A stretch of DNA of 64,000 nt from Verrucomicrobiota bacterium (lineage in GTDB: Bacteria > Verrucomicrobiota > Verrucomicrobiia > Chthoniobacterales > Terrimicrobiaceae). The DNA is taken from contig JAPLTG010000007.1 of NCBI GenBank assembly GCA_026398255.1, forward strand, positions 41,786 to 105,785. The letters are read 5' to 3'. A program made the position numbers and the translations under genes. This document shows positions 28,068 through 37,435 of the stretch, piece by piece (the first letter of the stretch is position 1; every line of letters begins with the position of its first letter). Under the pieces are notes generated by a model, which worked only from the letters and a program-made list of their open reading frames with translations, was not told the DNA's origin and searched no databases.

Positions 28068-28718
28068 ATGACAAAACCCCTCGCCCCTGTGTTGCTCCTC
28101 GCCGCCGCGATTTTTCTAGCGTTGGCTTCCGGACCTGCCCGCGCGCAGTCCGATGTGAAGTGTGAAATCAAAAAAATCGAGTCGTCACTTCTGTCCTCTC
28201 CGGTGATTGGGTCGAGCTATTCGAAAAAAGGCTCCCAACCGCAAATGTGGCTCGAGATCGATGTGGATTTCGACATGGAGCAGCCCGACAAAAATGGCCC
28301 GAAACTCGGGGAGGATTTGACGGTGAATTACTACATTCTTCTCAACAACAAGAGCCTCACTGAGGATGGCAAGGCGACGCTGTTGACGGGCTCGGTGTCG
28401 CATGCCGAATATCTCTTTGGAAAAGGCCTGCATGTCGGCGCCTTCGTGGCTCCGCAGACTTTGTTGAAATTTTTTGATGGGGACGCTCCTCGCAACATCA
28501 ATCAAGCCATTATAGATATCGGCGTGACGATCAGCGACAGCACCGGCGTCATCGCCCGCAAAGCCTACAAAAGCCAAGTGCGCGACGACAAAGCCTGGTG
28601 GGACAGCACCGAAAAATACACCGAAGTCACCGGCCGCGTGCTGGCCAAGAGCGACACGCCTTTTGCCCATTTGGCTTGGGATTACTACCTGCCCGAGAAG
28701 CCCAAGTCGGGCCTTTGA
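28068..28718 (+). CDS. Secreted hypothetical protein, first gene of the pilus-like locus (positional equivalent of Akkermansia Amuc_1102)
   Basis: Signal peptide MTKPLAPVLLLAAAIFLALASGPARA. I recognise no motif; the assignment is by gene order only. Confidence 0.6.
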   Translation: MTKPLAPVLLLAAAIFLALASGPARAQSDVKCEIKKIESSLLSSPVIGSSYSKKGSQPQMWLEIDVDFDMEQPDKNGPKLGEDLTVNYYILLNNKSLTEDGKATLLTGSVSHAEYLFGKGLHVGAFVAPQTLLKFFDGDAPRNINQAIIDIGVTISDSTGVIARKAYKSQVRDDKAWWDSTEKYTEVTGRVLAKSDTPFAHLAWDYYLPEKPKSGL

Positions 28719-28737
28719 GTTTTTCGCCTAGCGATCC

Positions 28738-30480
28738 ATGGCCCGACCCGAACGCATCCTCAGCCTCAATCTCGGAATGCAAACCGTCAGTTTGGCGGAA
28801 TTCGAGGTTTTGCCGGGAGGTGGACTCCAATTGCTGGGATTCGCGAAGTCCGAGTTGATTCTGGATTCCGCTGCCGATGCGACCCGGCCACTGCAAATCG
28901 AGACGGTGGCAAAGGAACTCCGCGAGACGCTGAAAGCCAAGGCCGGCGCGCCCGTTTATGCCTGCCTGCCATCGCAGGCGGTGTTTTCACGTTTCCTGAA
29001 ATTGCCCGGCGCGACGCCCGAGGATGTCGAATCCATTGTGGGCTTCGAAGCCCAGCAGAATATTCCTTTTCCCATCGAGGAGGTCGTCTGGAACCACCAA
29101 ATCATGGGCGACCGCCGCGACGAGTCGTGGGATATCGCCCTCGTGGCGATCAAGACCGAGCAACTCACCGAGGTGCTGGATGCCACCACGCGCGGAGGAC
29201 TGTGGGCGCGGAATGTGGATGTGGCGCCGATGGCTCTCTACAACTCGTTTCGATACAATTACCCCGAGGTGGAAGAGAGTGCCCTTCTCATCGATCTCGG
29301 CGCTCGGACGACGAATCTGATTTTTTCGGAAAATGGTCGCGCGTTTAGTCGCAGCATTCCCATTGGCGGACATGCCATGAGTGCGGCGATCGCCAAGGAG
29401 TTCGAGCAAGACATCACGCTGGCCGAAAAATTGAAGATCGAAAAAGGCCTCGTCGGCCTCGGCGGGGCTTATGCCGATCCCGAGGATCCCATCGAGGCTC
29501 GCCTCTCGAAAGTCATTCGCAACACGATGACCCGCCTCCACGCAGAGATCGCGAGGTCGGTGAATTTCTACCGCTCCACGCACGGCGGCACGACACCGAA
29601 GCGGGTTTTCCTCTGCGGCGGCAGCACTCCGCTGCGCTACATCGCGGAATTTTTCGTCGAGAAACTCCAGGCGCGAGTGGAGTTTTTCAACCCGCTCAAA
29701 AATGTCGTCGTCGCCGAAGGAGCTCTCCCCGAAGAGACGCCTCCCAGTTCCTACGGGCTTGGGGAGCTTGTCGGATGCGCCCTGCGCGGCCTCAGAAATT
29801 GCCCGATGGAAATCGCCCTCACGCCCCCGGCGGTTGTCCAAGCACAAATCATGGCGCGGAGGATTCCAAACCTCGCCCTCGCCGCCGCCCTGCTCATCGC
29901 CATTCCCATCCTGTGGTGGTTCAACACCTCGCGCCGAGCCACTCTCCTCGAGGAAGCAACGGCCCCGTTTATTGCTCAAGCCCAAGCTCTCGAGTCTGCT
30001 TCCAAAGGCATTGATGCGAGTTTGAAGGAAAAAAAGGCCCTCGACACCGAGATTGCCCCCTTCCTTCTGGCCACCGCCGAGCGCTCCGCGTGGACCAACA
30101 TTCTCAACGAACTCTCCGCCAAACTCCCGACCCGCTTCATTTGGGTCACCAGCCTCGCCCCGGTCGAAACCGAAGAGGCTCCCGCTGCACCGAACCAACC
30201 CAACCAAAAAAATCCCGCCCCCACCGACAAGGCGGCTCTGAAAAAATCCATTACCCACCTCGAAGTGAAGGGCCTTTATTTGGACAACCCGCCGAACGAA
30301 AAAGGCACCGCCCTCGTCGATGAATTTTACGACCAACTGGCCGGCTCGCCGGTTTTTGGGATTAACGAAACCACCGACCGATCCTCCGTGATCACCGAGC
30401 GCACGACGCCTACCGGGGAAGCTTGGGCCTATGGCTTCACAATGCGCCTGCCGCTCAAAAACCCCATTATCCTGCCATGA
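28738..30480 (+). CDS. PilM-like actin-fold ATPase fused to a PilN-like membrane segment
   Basis: The N-terminal ~350 aa is PilM-like (LNLGMQTVSLAEF..., VDVAPMALYNSF, LIDLGARTTNLIF, GGHAMSAAIA). This is followed by a TM segment (LALAAALLIAIPILWWF), a coiled coil and a C-terminal alpha/beta domain. Confidence 0.8.
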   Translation: MARPERILSLNLGMQTVSLAEFEVLPGGGLQLLGFAKSELILDSAADATRPLQIETVAKELRETLKAKAGAPVYACLPSQAVFSRFLKLPGATPEDVESIVGFEAQQNIPFPIEEVVWNHQIMGDRRDESWDIALVAIKTEQLTEVLDATTRGGLWARNVDVAPMALYNSFRYNYPEVEESALLIDLGARTTNLIFSENGRAFSRSIPIGGHAMSAAIAKEFEQDITLAEKLKIEKGLVGLGGAYADPEDPIEARLSKVIRNTMTRLHAEIARSVNFYRSTHGGTTPKRVFLCGGSTPLRYIAEFFVEKLQARVEFFNPLKNVVVAEGALPEETPPSSYGLGELVGCALRGLRNCPMEIALTPPAVVQAQIMARRIPNLALAAALLIAIPILWWFNTSRRATLLEEATAPFIAQAQALESASKGIDASLKEKKALDTEIAPFLLATAERSAWTNILNELSAKLPTRFIWVTSLAPVETEEAPAAPNQPNQKNPAPTDKAALKKSITHLEVKGLYLDNPPNEKGTALVDEFYDQLAGSPVFGINETTDRSSVITERTTPTGEAWAYGFTMRLPLKNPIILP

Positions 30481-31403
30481 ATTGGTTCAAGGAAAACCCC
30501 GTGGTTCTTGCGATTGCAGCGGTTGCCCTCGTTGGCACGCTCGTGGCTGGTTTTTTCGCCATGGAAGCCGCCGTCAGGCAAGAGGAGGCCGTCGCGGGTT
30601 ACACTGCGGCGATCACAAACTTGCGGCGCTTGGAGGGGAAGCAGCCTTTCCCCGATGATGCCCACCTCAATGAAGTCCAAGCCAATGTCGAGGCCTACAA
30701 AAAATCCATCGCGGACTTTGTCACCTCGTTGAATAAAATGGAGGTTCCTGTTGCGGAAATCTCCCCGCAGAAATTCCAAGACGATCTCCGCGTCGCCGCC
30801 GACAACCTCCGAAAAGCCACCGCGAACAAAACCGCTCTCCCAGAGAATTTCTTTTTCGGCTTCGATGCTTTCCGCACCCAACTCCCGCCGAGGGGTGAAA
30901 CCCAGGAACTCAACAGAGAGTTCCTAGCCATCAAGAGCCTCATCGACGCCATTATCCCCCTCGGCATCACCAGCATTGATGCCTTGGTTCGACACGCCGG
31001 CGCCGCACCTGCCGCACCCGATCCCAAGGCCGCTCCGCCAAAACCCAATGAGGCCGTCGCGAAGCCCTTGCCTTTCGATTCCTTCACTCTCGGCATCACC
31101 GCTCCGCAAAACTCCTTTATTTCCGCATTCGACAAAATTCCCGCCAATCCGGGCTTCCTCGTGGTCCGCTCCATGACCATCGAGAACACCAGCACGACCG
31201 CCCCCCTCAAAGCCGACACCGGCAAGCCCAAGCCAGCCACAGCTCCGGCCCCGACGGCTCTTGGAACTTCGGAAAAATTGCCCATGATTTTCGGCTCTGA
31301 ACTCGTCAAGGCCACGGTGGTTTTTGAAATTCTCGACTTCCCTGAGCGGAATGTTGAGGAAAAGAAACCCCAAACACCAACCCAGCCGACTCCGGCACAA
31401 TAG
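30477..31403 (+). CDS. Amuc_1100-like pilus-associated outer-membrane protein
   Basis: N-terminus MNWFKENPVVLAIAAVALVG plus a coiled coil. The segments PQKFQDDLRVAADNLRKA...FFFGFDAF and ELNREFLAIKSLIDAI parallel what I recall of Amuc_1100. Its start forms an ATGA overlap with the pilM-like gene. Confidence 0.65.
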   Translation: MNWFKENPVVLAIAAVALVGTLVAGFFAMEAAVRQEEAVAGYTAAITNLRRLEGKQPFPDDAHLNEVQANVEAYKKSIADFVTSLNKMEVPVAEISPQKFQDDLRVAADNLRKATANKTALPENFFFGFDAFRTQLPPRGETQELNREFLAIKSLIDAIIPLGITSIDALVRHAGAAPAAPDPKAAPPKPNEAVAKPLPFDSFTLGITAPQNSFISAFDKIPANPGFLVVRSMTIENTSTTAPLKADTGKPKPATAPAPTALGTSEKLPMIFGSELVKATVVFEILDFPERNVEEKKPQTPTQPTPAQ

Positions 31404-31408
31404 CCACC

Positions 31409-32368
31409 ATGGATTGGTTCAAAAAACATTACGATCTGGCGATTCTGGCTCTGGCCACCTTGCTCTTGGCAGCGAATGCCGCTTGGATCGCGTTACTTCC
31501 AAAACTTGAGATTGAGGGTATTCAGCCGAAGCCTGCTAGGTCCGACGAGTTCGAAAAACCAAATCTCCAAGCCGTCCAAGATTCCAGCGCCGCCGCTTCC
31601 GCGCCAGCCAGATGGCAACCCGATACCACCGGAGCGAAGGGCTCGCTTTTCGTCTCACGCAAATATCTTTTGAAGGATGGCAAACTTTTAGATCCCATCG
31701 AGGGCGGTGAGAACCTCCACCCCCCCATTCCGAATGCTTGGTTTGTCGAAAACGATTTGGATTTATCCAATAACAACATTTTGAAACTCGACCCCGACTT
31801 GGATGGCTTCAGCAACCTCGAGGAGTTCAACGCCAAAACCAACCCGAAGGACAAAACCTCCACCCCCCCCTCTTTCACCAAAATGCAACTGGTGGCTTTC
31901 AAGCCCGAGCCATTCCGCATCATTTTCAAAGGCGATGGGGGAACGGATGGCCAAGAATTCCAGATCAATTTCAAGGATTTGAAAGGAACCGGCCGCACCC
32001 AATACAAGAAGTTGAACGAGCAGATCGCCGATGCTCCCTACAAGATTGTTGGCTACACAGCCAAGCCTGGGCCCTACGGCGTGAATGTGAAAGGCGACCT
32101 CTCTGAGTTGAAGATTGAAAACACCAACACCCGCGAGACTTTGGTTCTTAAATACAACGAGGAAATCAACGATCCGACCTCATTCGGAGAATTCCGCAAT
32201 CTTCTGACAGACGAGTTAAAGACTTATAAAAAAGGCGAGGAATTCACGATTCCGCCCGATCCGGCGAAGTTCAAGCTCATTGACATTCAAGCCGACTCCG
32301 CCCAAATACAGGACATCGCCACCGGAAAAACCCTAAGGATTTCCACTCCTGCCGCTTCATCTCCCTAG
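31409..32368 (+). CDS. Membrane-anchored hypothetical protein of the pilus-like locus (positional equivalent of Amuc_1099)
   Basis: N-terminus MDWFKKHYDLAILALATLLLAA is similar to the preceding gene. It has a DPDLDGFSNLEEF thrombospondin-type-3-like acidic motif. Confidence 0.65.
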   Translation: MDWFKKHYDLAILALATLLLAANAAWIALLPKLEIEGIQPKPARSDEFEKPNLQAVQDSSAAASAPARWQPDTTGAKGSLFVSRKYLLKDGKLLDPIEGGENLHPPIPNAWFVENDLDLSNNNILKLDPDLDGFSNLEEFNAKTNPKDKTSTPPSFTKMQLVAFKPEPFRIIFKGDGGTDGQEFQINFKDLKGTGRTQYKKLNEQIADAPYKIVGYTAKPGPYGVNVKGDLSELKIENTNTRETLVLKYNEEINDPTSFGEFRNLLTDELKTYKKGEEFTIPPDPAKFKLIDIQADSAQIQDIATGKTLRISTPAASSP

Positions 32369-32371
32369 CCC

Positions 32372-34855
32372 ATGTTGAATAGAAAGACCCTGACGCTCGC
32401 GATGGCTGCCACCTTTGGATTGGTGGCCATTTCCACCGCTCAATTCCCAGGAGTTCAAGGCTCCGTCGAGCGTCAAATCCAACTCCTCGAGCAAAAAAAA
32501 CAATACGCTGCCGGTCAGATTTCCAAGGCCGACGAGGCGATGGCAGATTTGGATTACGAGTCGGCCTACGCCTACTTCAAGAGTGCGGTGGATATCCTGC
32601 CGCAGGGTGGCGCCGCCATGGCCGATGTGAAGCAACAGGCACTGGATGGATTTTGCGATGCCGCCGTGAAACTCGCCCGCCAACGCGTCTCCGAGGGACG
32701 CTACGCCGATGCCCGAACGATCGTGGAAGTGCCTCTTGAGGCTTCCTATAATCCCAACTACGGCCCCGCCCTTGCCCTGCGTTCGCAGCTCATGAATCCC
32801 ACGGGCTTCGTCGATCGCGGCACGCTCACCCCGGGTCATGTGGCCAAGGTCGAAGAAGTCAAAAAACTCATCAAGGAAAGTGAGGGGTTTTTTGCAACTG
32901 GCCGCTACGACCTCGCCTTCAAGCGATGCGAGCAAGTTTTGAATGTTGATAAATACAACATCGCCGCTCGGAAGTTGATGGAACGCATCAACGGAGCCCG
33001 CCAAAAATATGCAGACGCCGCCTACAATGAAACCCGCGGCGATATGCTCATGCAGGTGCAAAAAGCCTGGGAGCTTCCGGTTCGGAAATTCAATGAGGGT
33101 GTAACCTCCATCATTGAGCAACCAGACATCGCTGTGAGCGGCACGGAAGCCATTGGTGACAAACTCGACACAATCATTATTCCGAAGCTCGATTTCACAG
33201 ATTCCTCCATTGTCGAAGCCATTGGCTTCCTTCGCAAACGCGCGGCGGAGTTGGATGACACCGAACCCGATCCGAAGAATAAGGGTGTTAATATCGTTCT
33301 CAAACTTCCTCCCGACTCTCCGGATGCCTCCTATCCGATTACCCTCTCGCTACAGGATGTGCCCCTTCGTTCGGCCCTCGATTATGTCTCTCGCGCGGCA
33401 AACCTAAAAATCAAGATCGAGCGCCATGCCGTGGTTGTGGTTCCGCAAACCGAAAATACCGATGTGCTGATCACCAAGGAATACAAAGTTCCTCCAGGAT
33501 TTGTTGAGACCGTGCCTGGAAGCGCGCCCGAAACCGGCGCAGACGGCCAACCCGTCGCGGCCACCTCGAAAGCTGTGAACTTTCTCGTTTCCCAAGGCGT
33601 AGAATTCCCCCCTGGAGCAAGCGCCAATTATATCCCCAGCTCCAGCCGATTGATTGTCAAAAATACCCAACCAATTTTGGATTTTATTGATGGCTTGGTA
33701 GAAATAGCCAACGCCGCCCGACCGACCCAAGTCGAGATCGAGGCGAAGTTTTTGGAGGTCACTCAAAACAACCTCAACGAACTCGGCTTTGATTGGCTGC
33801 TCGGCCAATTTGCTTTAGCCGGAGGGTCTGGAGTTTATGGCGGGGGTGGAACCATGGGCTTTGGGCGCGATATCAATAATTCGAGCTATCCCTTGATCAA
33901 TCCCGGCTCGGGAGTTCCTGTGGGAGCTTCTTCCTCGACTTCGGGCCCGATCACTGCCGGCAACCGAGGCGGCGCCGGTGGCTCAGGGTTTGATACCGCC
34001 ATTCAACTCAATGCCGTGGATGCGCTCCTTTTAGGATCTCCGGCCGGAGCCGCCCCTGGTATTTTGAGTGTGGCGGGTGTGTTTACAAACCCTCAGTTTC
34101 AAGTTGTTCTACGCGCTTTGAGCCAAAAGAAAGGCATCGACCTCGTCAGCGCTCCACGCGTCACTTCCAAGAGCGGCCAGCGGGCCTTGATCGAAATCAT
34201 TCGTGACTTCCGCTACCCTACCGAGTTCGAGCCGCCCCAAGTTTCCGCAACCAATGGATCCCAATACACCCCCGTAGTTCCAAATACTCCTGCTGGCTGG
34301 GAAACCAAGCACACGGGCATTACTCTGGAAGTCGAGCCCACCGTTGGCCCGGATAATTACACCATCGAGTTGGTCTTGGCTCCACGGGTCATTGAATTTG
34401 AAGGTTTTATTAATTATGGAAACCCGATTAATGCAACGGTTCAGTTTGTCGACCCTTTAGCCATTCTTGCACGCCCCTCTGGAACATTCGAAGCCACTCC
34501 AAATACTATGAATCAACCTGTTTTCTCCACACGCGAGGTGACCACCCAGGTTTCCATTTATGACGGACAAACCGTGGTCTTGGGCGGCCTCATGCGAGAG
34601 GATGTGCAAAAGGTTCAAGATAAAGTCCCTATTCTTGGGGATATACCTCTGGCAGGAAGATTGTTTCGTAGCAATGTCGATCAACACATCAAGCGAAACT
34701 TGGTAATGTTTGTCACGGCAGGTTTAATGGATCCCGCAGGCCAGCCGATCATTAAAGCCGAGGAAGAAGATGCCATTGTGGGAGAGCCAAGCGTGGCCGA
34801 AATGATTGAGGAGTCTATTCCGGGCGATGTTTTGTCCGCTCCGCTGCCTCAATAA
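32372..34855 (+). CDS. Secretin (PilQ/GspD family) with an N-terminal TPR-like region, paralog 1
   Basis: Contains TQVEIEAKFLEVTQNNLNELGFDWLL and the secretin C-domain SAPRVTSKSGQRALIE...DKVPILGDIPLAGRLFRS. Confidence 0.85.
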   Translation: MLNRKTLTLAMAATFGLVAISTAQFPGVQGSVERQIQLLEQKKQYAAGQISKADEAMADLDYESAYAYFKSAVDILPQGGAAMADVKQQALDGFCDAAVKLARQRVSEGRYADARTIVEVPLEASYNPNYGPALALRSQLMNPTGFVDRGTLTPGHVAKVEEVKKLIKESEGFFATGRYDLAFKRCEQVLNVDKYNIAARKLMERINGARQKYADAAYNETRGDMLMQVQKAWELPVRKFNEGVTSIIEQPDIAVSGTEAIGDKLDTIIIPKLDFTDSSIVEAIGFLRKRAAELDDTEPDPKNKGVNIVLKLPPDSPDASYPITLSLQDVPLRSALDYVSRAANLKIKIERHAVVVVPQTENTDVLITKEYKVPPGFVETVPGSAPETGADGQPVAATSKAVNFLVSQGVEFPPGASANYIPSSSRLIVKNTQPILDFIDGLVEIANAARPTQVEIEAKFLEVTQNNLNELGFDWLLGQFALAGGSGVYGGGGTMGFGRDINNSSYPLINPGSGVPVGASSSTSGPITAGNRGGAGGSGFDTAIQLNAVDALLLGSPAGAAPGILSVAGVFTNPQFQVVLRALSQKKGIDLVSAPRVTSKSGQRALIEIIRDFRYPTEFEPPQVSATNGSQYTPVVPNTPAGWETKHTGITLEVEPTVGPDNYTIELVLAPRVIEFEGFINYGNPINATVQFVDPLAILARPSGTFEATPNTMNQPVFSTREVTTQVSIYDGQTVVLGGLMREDVQKVQDKVPILGDIPLAGRLFRSNVDQHIKRNLVMFVTAGLMDPAGQPIIKAEEEDAIVGEPSVAEMIEESIPGDVLSAPLPQ

Positions 34856-34863
34856 ATCGCATC

Positions 34864-37422
34864 ATGAAAAAGTTTTCCTCAATTCTTCTTCTCTCGACCT
34901 TCTTGATTCCGATGGCGGTTCAAGCGACCGACCTCGTCCGCTTGGCGGAACGCGAAGAAATCCGTCGCCAAGAAAAAGTCAAACAAGGAGAACATCTTGT
35001 GGTCCGAGCGGAGCGGGCTTTGAAGGACAAAAATCTCAAACAAGCCTACGACGATTATCTCAAAGCCTTGGAACTTATTCCGGCCGGCACCGAGACCGCG
35101 ACCAACCGGCAAGTTGTTCTTAACGAATTCAGTAAAACCGCTGTGGACTACGCTCGCAGCCTCATCGCCCGCGGCAACTATGCCGAGGCGGAAAATGTCG
35201 CCAAGACCGTTCTCGATCCCCAAATCAACCCCACCTACAAGCCGGCCGCTCAGATTCTTTCGCAGCTCGAGAAGCAAAATTACAACACTACCATCGATCC
35301 CAAGTTTTCCGCCAAACGGGATGAGGTTGATAAATTGCTCAACGAAGCAGCCGGTTACTTTGCCACTGGACGGAACGATCTTGCCATCAAGCGATACGAG
35401 CAGGTTTTAAATCTTGATCCCTACAATACCTCTGCCCGCCAAGGCATGGAGCAAGTCAATCAACAACGCACAGGGTATTACAACGAGGCCTACAATGAAA
35501 CCCGAAGCCAGATGCTCTGGCTGGCCGATCGCGCTTGGGAAAAGCCGGTTCGCAGGATCAGTAAAGATCGCTCGACGGAGGGCGCCTCGATTGGAGGTTC
35601 CGCATCCACGAAGGATGAAATGATGCGAAAGCTCAATGGCATCGTCATAGACAGCCTTAGCCTCAACGATGTCACCATTCGTGAAGCCGTGGAAATTTTG
35701 AAACAAAAAAGCCGCCAACTTGATTCCTTTAGCGCGGATTCCAAAACAAAAGGGGTAAATATCGTGCTAAAAATCCCCCCGCCCGCCGCGCCCGTCAATG
35801 AAGGCGAGACTCCGGAACCCGGATCAGAGGAGCCGGCCCCCCCTGTTGTCACAGAAAATTCTCGCGTCAACTTAGATCTCAAGAATGTCCCGCTTATCGA
35901 AGCCATCCGCTACCTCACAGAACTCACTGGTTTAAAACAAAAAATTGAGCCTTTCGCTGTTTCTCTCATTCCAGCAACAGAAAGCACCGAAGAATTGCTG
36001 GTCAAAGAGTATCGTGTCTCCCCAAACTTCATCCCCTCCACATCTCCCTCGGAATCCGAAGGGGAGCCCATAGCAGGCCAATCCTCCGCCGACAGCAACA
36101 AAAAGCTCAAGGGCGTCAAAAACGCCACAGATTACCTCAAGCAACAGGGCATCCCCTTTCCAACCGGGGCTTTTGCAAATTATGTCTCATCAGGCAGCAA
36201 GCTGATTGTTCGCAACACCCAAGGCGCTTTGGATCTTGTGGACACACTGGTGGAGAGCGATGTCGGCGTCAAACCCACCCAAGTCGAGATCGAGTCCAAG
36301 TTCATTGAAATTTCACAAAACAATATCAATGAACTGGGTTTTGATTGGCTGCTCGGTCCCTTTTCCATCGGAGGAGGAGTCTATGGTGATGGCGGAACGC
36401 CTGGTGGAGACTCAACGGCCAACTACAATAACTTTCCTTTCGGTCAGGTTGGTGGAAATCCTGTTACTGCCGGAAACCGATCCGGGATTGGAACGAGTGT
36501 GAATTCTGCCATCACGGCCAATAGCTTGGATGCTTTGGTGGCTGGAATTCCTCAAGGAGCCAATGTGGCCTCGCCTGGCATCTTTGGCCTTGCCGGCGTT
36601 TTCACAAACCCCCAATTCCAATTAGTCATCCGCGCCCTCAGTCAACAAAAGGGCGTAGACCTCATGTCTGCACCAAAGGTCACCACCAAAAGCGGGAATT
36701 CAGCCACCATCAAAATTATTCGGGAGTTTCCTTTCCCTACCGAGTTTGAACCACCAGAGGTTCCAGAAGGCGGGGGGGGTGGTGGTGCCGGTGGCGGGAA
36801 TAATGATAATGGAGGAGGGGGGGGCGTTCAAGTTACGGGCGGTATTGTTACCCCCGCCACTCCATCTGGATTCGAAAAGCGGGACCTTGGCGTCCTGCTC
36901 GAGGTATCGCCTCAAGTTGGTGCTGATAATTATACAATCGATCTTTCTTTGCGACCAGAGGTTGTTGAATTCGATGGGTTTATAAATTTTGGTTCCCCTA
37001 TCGTGGGGCCTAGATTTGACCCTTTAGCTAATCCATTAGTTAATCCCTCAGGCATAACACCTTACACAATCACAGAAAATGTGATGAACCAGCCCGTTTT
37101 CTCTGTCCGAAGAGTCGAATCCAGCGTGAGCATTTGGGATGGCCAAACCGTGGCCATGGGCGGCCTGATCCGCGAGGATGTGCAAAAGGTTGATGATAAG
37201 GTGCCATTCCTTGGCGACATCCCTCTGGCGGGTCGCTTGTTCCGCTCGAGTGTGGATCAAAAAATCAAAAAGAACCTCATCATCTTTGTGACGGCCCGCC
37301 TTTTGGATGCATCCGGCCAGCCCCTCATCCAAGATGATGAAGCCGAGGAAATCGTTGAGCCCCTTGGCGTGCCGGAAAACCTCCCCGCCCCTCGCCTCGA
37401 AGCCCGCTCCGCCGGAAAGTAG
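34864..37422 (+). CDS. Secretin (PilQ/GspD family), paralog 2, with a Gly-rich insertion
   Basis: Contains TQVEIESKFIEISQNNINELGFDWLL and SAPKVTTKSGNSATIK...DKVPFLGDIPLAGRLFRS. It is colinear with paralog 1 but has the extra loop PEGGGGGGAGGGNNDNGGGGGVQ. Confidence 0.85.
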   Translation: MKKFSSILLLSTFLIPMAVQATDLVRLAEREEIRRQEKVKQGEHLVVRAERALKDKNLKQAYDDYLKALELIPAGTETATNRQVVLNEFSKTAVDYARSLIARGNYAEAENVAKTVLDPQINPTYKPAAQILSQLEKQNYNTTIDPKFSAKRDEVDKLLNEAAGYFATGRNDLAIKRYEQVLNLDPYNTSARQGMEQVNQQRTGYYNEAYNETRSQMLWLADRAWEKPVRRISKDRSTEGASIGGSASTKDEMMRKLNGIVIDSLSLNDVTIREAVEILKQKSRQLDSFSADSKTKGVNIVLKIPPPAAPVNEGETPEPGSEEPAPPVVTENSRVNLDLKNVPLIEAIRYLTELTGLKQKIEPFAVSLIPATESTEELLVKEYRVSPNFIPSTSPSESEGEPIAGQSSADSNKKLKGVKNATDYLKQQGIPFPTGAFANYVSSGSKLIVRNTQGALDLVDTLVESDVGVKPTQVEIESKFIEISQNNINELGFDWLLGPFSIGGGVYGDGGTPGGDSTANYNNFPFGQVGGNPVTAGNRSGIGTSVNSAITANSLDALVAGIPQGANVASPGIFGLAGVFTNPQFQLVIRALSQQKGVDLMSAPKVTTKSGNSATIKIIREFPFPTEFEPPEVPEGGGGGGAGGGNNDNGGGGGVQVTGGIVTPATPSGFEKRDLGVLLEVSPQVGADNYTIDLSLRPEVVEFDGFINFGSPIVGPRFDPLANPLVNPSGITPYTITENVMNQPVFSVRRVESSVSIWDGQTVAMGGLIREDVQKVDDKVPFLGDIPLAGRLFRSSVDQKIKKNLIIFVTARLLDASGQPLIQDDEAEEIVEPLGVPENLPAPRLEARSAGK

Positions 37423-37435
37423 AATCCCGCACCTT

